A stretch of 63,150 bases of DNA from an uncultured Candidatus Saccharibacteria bacterium (lineage in GTDB: Bacteria > Patescibacteriota > Doudnabacteria > UBA920), in contig CAZHER010000006.1 in NCBI GenBank assembly GCA_964532005.1, positions 1 through 63,150 of the forward strand, read 5' to 3'. Positions 56,353 through 63,150 of the stretch are shown here, piece after piece; the first letter of the stretch is position 1, and each line of letters starts with the position of its first letter. A program made the position numbers and the translations under genes. Under the pieces are notes generated by a model, which saw only the letters and a program-made list of their open reading frames with translations, ran no database searches and was not told the origin of the DNA.

Positions 56353-57423
56353 TTATAGAGTCAAATGTTCCTTGCGCAAATTTAGTTCAGCGGCACGTAA
56401 GGAGTTAACAATATCCTCCAATTTCCCTTCCATTATTAAATTGATTTGGTTGAAGTTTTGGTTAATTCTATGGTCAGTAACGCGGTCTTGGGGAAAATTG
56501 TATGTACGAATTTTTTCACTTCGATCGCCAGTACCAATTTGGCTCCGCCGTTGGTCTTTTAACTTTCTTTCTTCAATTTCCCTGTAGTAGGCTGCTACGC
56601 GTGCTCTGATGACTGCCATGGCTTTTTCCTTGTTTTGGGTTTGGCTACGTTCGTCTTGGCATTGAGCAGTGATGCCTGTGGGGATATGAACAATTCGAAT
56701 GGCTGAATAAGTGGTGTTAACGCTTTGTCCGCCATGTCCAGATGAAGTAGTGGCTTCAATTTTCAGGTCATTTGTATCCAACTCAAAATCTTTTTCTTCA
56801 ATTTCGGGCAAAACTGCCACAGTTATGGTTGATGTATGCACACGGCCGGATTTTTCAGTTTCGGGTACGCGTTGAACTCTGTGAACCCCAGACTCAAATT
56901 TGAAATAGCTGTATGGACCATCTTGAGAATTACCTTTACCATTGATTTCAAAAATAATTTCTTTAAAGCCGCCAACTTCACTTTTTGAGCTTGAAACTAT
57001 GTGTATGGAAAAACCCAACCCCTCAGCATATTTTCCATATGCTCTGAACAATTCTGCAGAAAATAAAGTTGACTCGTCTCCTCCAGCCCCAGCACGCATT
57101 TCTACTAGAATGTTGTTAGCGTCTAAAGGGTCTTTAGGAATGAGATCATTTTCTATCTCTTCATTTAGCGCACCTGCAAGCTCGTGCTGGTGCTTCAATT
57201 CTTCTTCAGCCATAGCTTTTATTTGTGGGTCGGAGTCATTGGACATTTCAGTATTGTCCTCAATCGCTTTTTCCAATTGCTCCAGTTGCTGGATTTTTGA
57301 AACTACACTCTGTATTTCCGATTGTCTTTTTCCTAATTGAACAAGTTGATCCGGGCTGGCTGAGCTAATTTGCTCATTCAGTTTATCGTATTCTTGTACA
57401 ACTTTAATAAATGCTGGATTCAT
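56353..57423 (-). CDS. prfA: Peptide chain release factor 1
   Basis: [21 protein letters not shown] (PET/PxT), GHGGQSVN and [15 protein letters not shown] motifs. Confidence 0.97.
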   Translation of the reverse strand: MNPAFIKVVQEYDKLNEQISSASPDQLVQLGKRQSEIQSVVSKIQQLEQLEKAIEDNTEMSNDSDPQIKAMAEEELKHQHELAGALNEEIENDLIPKDPLDANNILVEMRAGAGGDESTLFSAELFRAYGKYAEGLGFSIHIVSSSKSEVGGFKEIIFEINGKGNSQDGPYSYFKFESGVHRVQRVPETEKSGRVHTSTITVAVLPEIEEKDFELDTNDLKIEATTSSGHGGQSVNTTYSAIRIVHIPTGITAQCQDERSQTQNKEKAMAVIRARVAAYYREIEERKLKDQRRSQIGTGDRSEKIRTYNFPQDRVTDHRINQNFNQINLIMEGKLEDIVNSLRAAELNLRKEHLTL

Positions 57424-57486
57424 GATCTAAGTATAATACAAAACCACCCTTAGTAGGATGGCTTTATTAAATAAGTTATGACAATG

Positions 57487-57744
57487 TTAAGCCTTGGCTT
57501 GGCGTGTCTTGCGAGGCTTTTTTTCGGTTTTTAATGTTTTAGCAGCCAGTTCAACCCGTTTTTTGAACTTATCTACATTTCCGGTTGCGTCAATAAGTTT
57601 TTGTTTGCCAGTAAAGAACGGGTGGCAATTGCTGCAGATTTCGGTGTAAATTTCTTCAGAAGTTGAGCCAGTAACAAAAGAGTTACCGCAAGCGCAGCTA
57701 ACCTTTACAGCTGTATTGAATTGAGGATGGATACCGTTTTTCAT
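57487..57744 (-). CDS. rpmE: 50S ribosomal protein L31 (Zn-binding form)
   Basis: [28 protein letters not shown] 57744. Confidence 0.95.
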   Translation of the reverse strand: MKNGIHPQFNTAVKVSCACGNSFVTGSTSEEIYTEICSNCHPFFTGKQKLIDATGNVDKFKKRVELAAKTLKTEKKPRKTRQAKA

Positions 57745-57838
57745 TATTTTGCTTAAATTTAACAATAGTTGACTTATTATAGTAAGATTTGCATTTTTCG
57801 TCAAGGGGTGCTATAATTTGTGCATTATTAATCTAACA

Positions 57839-57935
57839 TATTTCGCACTAATTCCTGTCCCTATTTTCTGCCTTTGCTAGTCAATGGAGTTAAATAGTCG
57901 GATCCGCGAAATAGAAGTAGAAAGGAAGCATACCT
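57839..57935 (+). promoter_or_regulatory. Structured rpsB 5' leader (possible S2 autoregulatory element)
   Basis: ~110-nt leader after TTGCAT..TATAAT, closed by the ATTTCGC / GCGAAAT long-range stem. Confidence 0.35.
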
Positions 57936-58670
57936 ATGCCAGATTTAAGTCTTTTGGACTTGCTCCAAAGCGGGGCCCATTTTGGACACAAAACATCCAG
58001 ATGGAACCCAAAAATGAAACCGTATATTTATACGGTTCGTAACGACATCCATATTTTGGATTTGGAAAAAACCAAAAAGGGTTTGCTAAAAGCTGCTAAT
58101 GCCGCTGCTGAAATTGTATCTAAAGGTGGCAATATTTTGTTCATTGGCACTAAGCGCCAAGCTCGCGACATTGTGAAGAAGCATGCGGTGGATGCAGGAA
58201 TGCCATTTATTAATGTCCGTTGGTTGGGCGGAACTTTTACCAATTTCAAAACTATTCAAAAAACAGTCCGTAAATTGGAAAAACTTCACGACTTAAAAAA
58301 TAGCGGCGAGTTGGAAACTCGCTATACGAAAAAAGAACGTTTGCTGATAGAGAGAGAAATAGAAAAATTAGAAAAGTTGTTTGAAGGAATTAAAGGGATG
58401 CGCCGTCTGCCAGAAGCAGTATTTATTGCCGATGTAAATTACGATGATATTGCATTGACCGAAGCCAAAAAAGCCGGGGTAAAAATCATAGCTATTGCCG
58501 ATAGCAACAGCAACCCCGATGCAATTGATTTTGTAATTCCTTGTAATGACGATGCTACACAAGCAATAGAGCTAGTAATAGGTCATGTAGCAAAAGCAGT
58601 CAAAGATGCTAAAACTACACAAGTCGTTGCCAAGACAGAAGAAGGCAACAAAACAGAGTCAGTTGAGTAA
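57936..58670 (+). CDS. rpsB: 30S ribosomal protein S2
   Basis: GAHFGHKTSRWNPKM, FIGTKRQA, RWLGGTFTNF and IPCNDD motifs. Confidence 0.97.
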   Translation: MPDLSLLDLLQSGAHFGHKTSRWNPKMKPYIYTVRNDIHILDLEKTKKGLLKAANAAAEIVSKGGNILFIGTKRQARDIVKKHAVDAGMPFINVRWLGGTFTNFKTIQKTVRKLEKLHDLKNSGELETRYTKKERLLIEREIEKLEKLFEGIKGMRRLPEAVFIADVNYDDIALTEAKKAGVKIIAIADSNSNPDAIDFVIPCNDDATQAIELVIGHVAKAVKDAKTTQVVAKTEEGNKTESVE

Positions 58671-58696
58671 AATTAAGTTATTAAAATAAATTACCA

Positions 58697-59281
58697 ATGA
58701 ACGAAAACGAACTCATAAAAGAGCTCCGCGAAATGACCGGAGTCGGGATGATGGATATAAAGAAAGCAATTACCGAAGCTGGCGGGGACAAAGATAAAGC
58801 TTTAGAAATTTTGCGGAAAAGCGGTATGGCAAAATTGGCTAAAAAAGCAGATCGTCTTGCCAAAGAAGGTGTTATTGAAAGTTATATCCACGCTGGAGGA
58901 AGAGTTGGAGTTTTGCTAGAATTAAACTGCGAAACCGACTTCGTCGGTCGCACTGACGACTTTAAAAATTTGGCCAAAGAGCTTGCCTTGCATATTGCAG
59001 CTTCCAACCCTTTGTATGTTTCGAGAGAAGATGTGCCAGCAGAAGTGTTGGAAAAAGAACGTGAAATATACAAAGAGCAATCTAAAGACAAGCCATCTGA
59101 TGTCATGGAAAAAATGATTGAAGGTAAGGTGGAAAAATATTATGAAGAAGCCTGTTTAATGGATCAAGGTTTTGTTAAAGATCCAAGCGTGAAAATTTCT
59201 CAACTTATTGCCGACCGTGCGGCAAAAATGGGAGAAAACGTACAGGTTAGTCGATTTGTAAGGTACGTCCTGGGTAACTAG
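58697..59281 (+). CDS. tsf: Elongation factor Ts (short form)
   Basis: IKELREMTGVGMMDIKKA, EGVIESYIH and ELNCETDFV motifs. Confidence 0.96.
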   Translation: MNENELIKELREMTGVGMMDIKKAITEAGGDKDKALEILRKSGMAKLAKKADRLAKEGVIESYIHAGGRVGVLLELNCETDFVGRTDDFKNLAKELALHIAASNPLYVSREDVPAEVLEKEREIYKEQSKDKPSDVMEKMIEGKVEKYYEEACLMDQGFVKDPSVKISQLIADRAAKMGENVQVSRFVRYVLGN

Positions 59282-59308
59282 CCCTTTTATAAAATAAAAC
59301 TAACCTAC

Positions 59309-60049
59309 GTGTCTTTTCAGATACTGCCAAATTTAATATTTTTGTTTGCCGTGCTCGGGATCATTATTTTGATTTTGCGCAGAATTCCTGAAGCTACTGG
59401 ATCAACCCCACTGCCAGGAATAAATCATGATCCCGAGCAATTAAAAGAGGCAGGCTCTGAATTAAGAGATAAGGGTGTCCCTGTAGCGGCGCTGTCTAAA
59501 ACCAGACAAGTAATTGTGGCGGCTGGAAAAAAAGTTTGGCGGTTTATTCTTGAAGCCAAAGGTTTGAGCCAAGCACCAAGAGTGAATTACAAGATAAACA
59601 AGATTTTGGGTCGGTCAGAAAGCGAAGAAAAGACCAATGTTGTGCTGGATGAAAATTATTACATTGACCAAATAAAACGATTTCCCAAAGATTGGCAGCA
59701 CTACAATAATCTAGGGCAGTACTATTTGGATAGCAGAAGCTATGAAGATGCTTTGGGAGTTTATGAATATTTAACAAAACAAGATGCAGCAAATGATGAT
59801 TTTTGGGCTCGTCTCGGGTTTGCTAAATTCGGAAAAAATGACTATAAAGGCGCAGTAGAAAGTTATGGCAAGGCTATAGAACTTGATCAAAGTCATCCAA
59901 ATCGGTATTATAATCTAGGTTTGGCATATCTTGAGTTAAAACAAATTGACAAAGCAGTCGCAGCTTTGGAAAAAGCCATCCAGTTAGAACCAGAAAATAG
60001 CAAATATACGGAAGCCCTAACAGAAGCAAAAAACTTGATCAAAAATTGA
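59309..60049 (+). CDS. Membrane-anchored TPR protein
   Basis: N-terminal TM and TPR repeats (YNNLGQYY, WARLGFA, YYNLGLAY). Confidence 0.85.
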   Translation: MSFQILPNLIFLFAVLGIIILILRRIPEATGSTPLPGINHDPEQLKEAGSELRDKGVPVAALSKTRQVIVAAGKKVWRFILEAKGLSQAPRVNYKINKILGRSESEEKTNVVLDENYYIDQIKRFPKDWQHYNNLGQYYLDSRSYEDALGVYEYLTKQDAANDDFWARLGFAKFGKNDYKGAVESYGKAIELDQSHPNRYYNLGLAYLELKQIDKAVAALEKAIQLEPENSKYTEALTEAKNLIKN

Positions 60050-60054
60050 TTTAT

Positions 60055-60130
60055 GCCGTTGTAGCTCAGTAGGTAGAGCATCTCCATGGTAAGGAGAAGG
60101 TCTGCGGTTCGATCCCGCACAACGGCTCCA
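60055..60130 (+). tRNA. tRNA-Thr(GGT)
   Basis: GCCGTTGTAGCTCAG..CATGGTAAG..GGTTCGATCCC..AACGGCTCCA. Confidence 0.96.
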
Positions 60131-60138
60131 TAAAATTA

Positions 60139-60224
60139 GGGTAGGTACTCAAGTGGTCAACGAGGGCTGACTGTAAATCAGCTGGCTTATGCCTTCACAG
60201 GTTCGAATCCTGTCCTGCCCACCA
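60139..60224 (+). tRNA. tRNA-Tyr(GTA)
   Basis: GGGTAGG..GACTGTAAATC..long variable arm..GGTTCGAATCC..CCTGCCCACCA. Confidence 0.96.
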
Positions 60225-60298
60225 AAAGAAAGAGTGAGCCTTGCATTTTAGGCTCATTTGTGCGATAATGTGGTTTATAAGAGCATTGCTCTAAACGC

Positions 60299-60374
60299 GC
60301 CGGCTTAGCTCATCTGGTAGAGCAACGGTTTTGTAAACCGTAGGTGGCCGGTTCGAGCCCGGCAGCCGGCTCCA
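60299..60374 (+). tRNA. tRNA-Thr(TGT)
   Basis: GCCGGCTTAGCTCA..TTTTGTAAAC..GGTTCGAGCCC..GCCGGCTCCA. Confidence 0.96.
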
Positions 60375-60406
60375 TAAATTTTTATACATTAATTTGAAAA
60401 TACAGT

Positions 60407-60562
60407 ATGTCACAAGACAATCGCATTGATATGGAATGCACTGAGTGTAAAAGAATTACTCATCAGACGAACAAGAACAAGAAGAATACTCCGAAGCGTC
60501 TTGAGCTGATGAAGTTTTGCAAATTTTGCAAGAAAAAGACTTTACATAAGGAAACTAAGTAG
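60407..60562 (+). CDS. rpmG: 50S ribosomal protein L33 (missed by the ORF track)
   Basis: [51 protein letters not shown]. Confidence 0.95.
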   Translation: MSQDNRIDMECTECKRITHQTNKNKKNTPKRLELMKFCKFCKKKTLHKETK

Positions 60563-60640
60563 ACCTCGCGCAAGCCGCGAGGTTTGCTATAATAGGAATG
60601 GTCAGGCAGGTAACTGCTTGACCCCTAAATACCCAATTGT

Positions 60641-60714
60641 GGGGGCGTCGTATAATGGTAGTACAGCGGTCTCCAAAACCGCTTGCGTGGGTTCGATTCC
60701 TACCGCCCCTGCCA
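60641..60714 (+). tRNA. tRNA-Trp(CCA)
   Basis: GGGGGCGTCGTATAATGGTAGTACAGCGGTCTCCAAAACCGCTTGCGTGGGTTCGATTCCTACCGCCCCTGCCA. Confidence 0.95.
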
Positions 60715-60783
60715 GACAAATTCACCCAAGATTATTGGGTGTTTTTGTTTGAGGGCAGAGTAGAATCGAACTGGTGTATAATA
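60707..60783 (+). repeat. tRNA-Trp-anchored direct repeat, copy 1
   Basis: CCCTGCCAGACAAATTCACCCAAGATTATTGGGTGTTTTTGTTTGAGGGCAGAGTAGAATCGAACTGGTGTATAATA; about 73/78 identical to copy 2. Confidence 0.92.
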
Positions 60784-60788
60784 AGCGT

Positions 60789-61346
60789 ATGCCCACAAAA
60801 TACATATTAAATGGTGGCTCTAATATTGATAGCCCAGAAAAGAATAACAACGAATTTTATTCAGAAATTTTGAAAGATGCACCTATGTCTTTAAAAATAT
60901 TATTGGTTATGTTTGCTAATGAGAAGGAACGATGGGAACCAAAGACGGAGAGGGTTATATCTGAATTTAATCAAAACACTACCACTCAAAAGCTTTCATT
61001 CGAAGTTGCTAACGAGGAAGATTTTATAGAGCAAATTCAGAAGTCAGATGTTATATATTTTGCTGGAGGCAAAACTGTGAAGTTATTAGAAGCGTTGAAT
61101 CGTTTTCTCGATCTAGGCAAGTATCTAAACGGCAAGATTGTTGCTGGGGAATCAGCCGGAGCAAATATTATGGCTAAATATTGCTATAGTCCTAATGCAG
61201 ATAAAGTACTTGAAGGATTGGGAATACTAACAATTAAGCTCATTGTGCATTATCAAGAAAAATATAAAGGTAAGCTTGATGCTGTAGGTACGGAGCTTGA
61301 ACTTGTTTTATTACAAGAGTATAAAAATAAGATTTTTCAAGCATAA
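60789..61346 (+). CDS. Type 1 glutamine-amidotransferase-like / peptidase S51 family protein
   Basis: YILNGG, DVIYFAGGKT, IVAGESAGA and EGLG..VHY motifs. ATG 60789. Confidence 0.8.
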   Translation: MPTKYILNGGSNIDSPEKNNNEFYSEILKDAPMSLKILLVMFANEKERWEPKTERVISEFNQNTTTQKLSFEVANEEDFIEQIQKSDVIYFAGGKTVKLLEALNRFLDLGKYLNGKIVAGESAGANIMAKYCYSPNADKVLEGLGILTIKLIVHYQEKYKGKLDAVGTELELVLLQEYKNKIFQA

Positions 61347-61349
61347 TAT

Positions 61350-61871
61350 ATGCTACTAGTAGTTGTAAATGATAAAGATGAAGTAATTGGCTCCAAAGAC
61401 CGAGCAGAGGAAAATAAGGATGACATTACTCGTGTTGCGGGGCTTTGGATTATTAACTCTAACAGCGAGATGTTGATTGCCCAAAGGTCGTTTAACAAAG
61501 AGCACGATCCAGGGAAATGGGGTCCAGCCGCTGCTGGTACTGTCGAAGAAGGGGAAACTTATATCTCCAATGTTATTAAGGAAGCAGGAGAAGAACTGGG
61601 AATTACAATCAAGGAAGAGCAATTAATCACAGGTAGTCATAAATTTAGGGAAACAAGCCATAAATATTTTAGTCAATCATTTATCGTCAAGTTGGATATT
61701 CCTATTGAGGACTTTACGATTCAAAGAGTAGAAGTAGAAAGTATTCGCTGGGTTCCAATCGAAGAATTAACTTTATGGATTAAAGAAAAGCCCCAAGATT
61801 TTATAGCGTCATTTCCTGATTCGTTTGAGGGACACAAAGATTTAATTAATAATTTGATAATTGGTAAATAA
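61350..61871 (+). CDS. NUDIX hydrolase (IPP isomerase type 1-like)
   Basis: VVNDKDEVIG, LIAQRS..K..PGKWG, GTVEEGETY..KEAGEELGI motifs. Confidence 0.85.
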   Translation: MLLVVVNDKDEVIGSKDRAEENKDDITRVAGLWIINSNSEMLIAQRSFNKEHDPGKWGPAAAGTVEEGETYISNVIKEAGEELGITIKEEQLITGSHKFRETSHKYFSQSFIVKLDIPIEDFTIQRVEVESIRWVPIEELTLWIKEKPQDFIASFPDSFEGHKDLINNLIIGK

Positions 61872-61891
61872 TTCTAACATCCTCTACCACG

Positions 61892-61969
61892 CCCTGCCAG
61901 ACAAATTCACCCAAGTTTATTGGGTGTTTTTGTTTGAGGGGCAGACAGGAATCGAACTGGTGTATAATA
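61892..61969 (+). repeat. tRNA-Trp-anchored direct repeat, copy 2
   Basis: CCCTGCCAGACAAATTCACCCAAGTTTATTGGGTGTTTTTGTTTGAGGGGCAGACAGGAATCGAACTGGTGTATAATA. Confidence 0.92.
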
Positions 61970-61974
61970 TTGCT

Positions 61975-62841
61975 ATGAATAATAAGCGCATTACCGCAAC
62001 CATTGTACTCATTTTTGCATGCTTAATTTGGGGCTCATCCTTCTTTGTAACTAAGGATAGTTTAAATGGCGTTGCACCGTTAACATTTTTAACTTTCAGA
62101 TTTCTTATAGCTACCGGTGCTACTGCGATAATAGCTTTGTTTCTTAAGAAGAAACTGTTTGATGATTGGCCGATAGGTTCCGCTTTAGGGGTGATTTTAT
62201 GGCTCTGTTATCTAACTCAAACAATAGGACTTCAATATACCACACCTTCTAACTCTGGCTTCATCACCGGGTTATTTGTTGTCTTTGTGCCGCTAATTGC
62301 CTTCATTCTAAATAGTCGAATACCAAAATATTTAGATATAGTGGCAGTAGTACTTTCACTTGTCGGTTTGTATATTCTTACTGGCGGGCATGATGGAATA
62401 AACAAGGGTGATCTAATAACGATTTTCGCCGCCCTAACACAGGCAATTTATATATTAGTTGTGGGGAAATACTCAAAAGATTCTATTGATCCCATTAGAG
62501 CTCTTTTTCAGCAATTCTTTGTTATGACTATTTTAAGTTTTCTTGCAGCTGTTCTTTTAGATGCTCCTTTATCAATTTCTAATAATTCTGTTTGGTCAGC
62601 TTTAATATACCTGGCCATTTTCCCTTCCACCGTAGCTTTTTTAATTCAATTGTACTCTCAGAAGCTTGTGCCAGCTTTCCAAACATCAATGATTTTAACT
62701 TCTATAGCACTCTTTGCCGCAATGCTTTCTTGGTTATTTCATAAAGAACCCATCACTGTTCATGGGGTTATGGGAGGCCTGTTAATGCTCATAGCGATGG
62801 TTATGTCTCAATGGAAGAATCACGCATATCAACAAGAATAG
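61975..62841 (+). CDS. DMT/EamA family transporter
   Basis: IWGSSF, RFLIA, GLQYTT..NSGFITGL and two EamA halves. True ATG is 61975; the track extension runs through the repeat. Confidence 0.92.
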   Translation: MNNKRITATIVLIFACLIWGSSFFVTKDSLNGVAPLTFLTFRFLIATGATAIIALFLKKKLFDDWPIGSALGVILWLCYLTQTIGLQYTTPSNSGFITGLFVVFVPLIAFILNSRIPKYLDIVAVVLSLVGLYILTGGHDGINKGDLITIFAALTQAIYILVVGKYSKDSIDPIRALFQQFFVMTILSFLAAVLLDAPLSISNNSVWSALIYLAIFPSTVAFLIQLYSQKLVPAFQTSMILTSIALFAAMLSWLFHKEPITVHGVMGGLLMLIAMVMSQWKNHAYQQE

Positions 62842-62873
62842 TCTAAATATCCTTCACTATACTCTGCCAACGT

Positions 62874-63150
62874 ATGAATCCAATAATCATTTTAATACTG
62901 GCTCAGCTACTGTTCACTATCAGCGATCTGATAGGTAGGAAATACATGTTGTTGTACGGCTTCAATTTACAAGCCTTCTTTTCCTTATGGTTTTTTTGTT
63001 ATTTTGTATTACGTATGGTTGCTATGTTCGCCCAACTTTACATCTTCAGTAAACTCGAACTTGGTGCAACTATGGCTTTGTTTGGTGCCGTGTCAATTAT
63101 ATTGGCCAACTTGCTAGGACTCCTTTTACTAAAAGAAATACTCACAGCCA
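62874..63150 (+). CDS. Small DMT/SMR-like membrane protein, 3'-truncated by the window (missed by the ORF track)
   Basis: MNPIIILILAQLLFTISDLIGRKYMLLYGF..LELGATMALFGAVSIILANLLGLLLLKEILT; open to the window end. Confidence 0.75.
   Translation, partial: MNPIIILILAQLLFTISDLIGRKYMLLYGFNLQAFFSLWFFCYFVLRMVAMFAQLYIFSKLELGATMALFGAVSIILANLLGLLLLKEILTA

Noticed and set aside
60707-61969. Integron attC sites for the tRNA-Trp repeats
   Set aside because: They lack paired RYYYAAC/GTTRRRY cores (only a nearby TTCTAAC at 61872-61878), and no integron integrase is in the window.
61861-61974. N-terminal extension of the DMT gene (MVNNSNILYHALPDK...)
   Set aside because: It is an in-frame read-through of repeat copy 2 and overlaps the NUDIX stop; ATG 61975 follows the -10 box by 6 nt.

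Overview
A 63-kb chromosomal window from a low-GC Patescibacteria (CPR) genome, plausibly Doudnabacteria (inferred from gene content, DUF11 surface proteins, an LAAGC lipobox peptide and mostly SD-less genes). Genetic code 11. Housekeeping genes: lexA, galE, metK, an RlmI-family methyltransferase, trhO, scpAB, aspS, lgt, recR, dnaB, cysS, two adk-like kinases, map, thrS, dnaE, rodA, rplY, prmC, prfA, rpmE, rpsB, tsf, rpmG, plus five tRNAs (Glu-CTC, Thr-GGT, Tyr-GTA, Thr-TGT, Trp-CCA). No CRISPR array, rRNA or intact transposase/integrase was seen. Most notable observations: (1) a ~78-bp direct repeat anchored on the tRNA-Trp 3' end (tRNA end + terminator + inverted tRNA T-arm fragment + -10 box) that brackets accessory gene cassettes; (2) a non-canonical T-box-like attenuator before thrS; (3) a coupled operon of pilin + polytopic membrane protein + CarS-like enzyme; (4) an unexplained ~200-nt structured transcript candidate at 31.4-31.6 kb; (5) a decayed serine-recombinase element near tRNA-Glu next to a gene with a DGR-target-like C-terminus; (6) a Phd-antitoxin-like domain fused to GalE; (7) a perfect 16-bp palindrome in the lexA promoter and an unannotated Cys/His microprotein after lexA; (8) a SAM-I riboswitch; (9) apparently dead PP2C and HtrA homologues; (10) pervasive leaderless-type gene starts. 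All calls were made by eye, without database searches.
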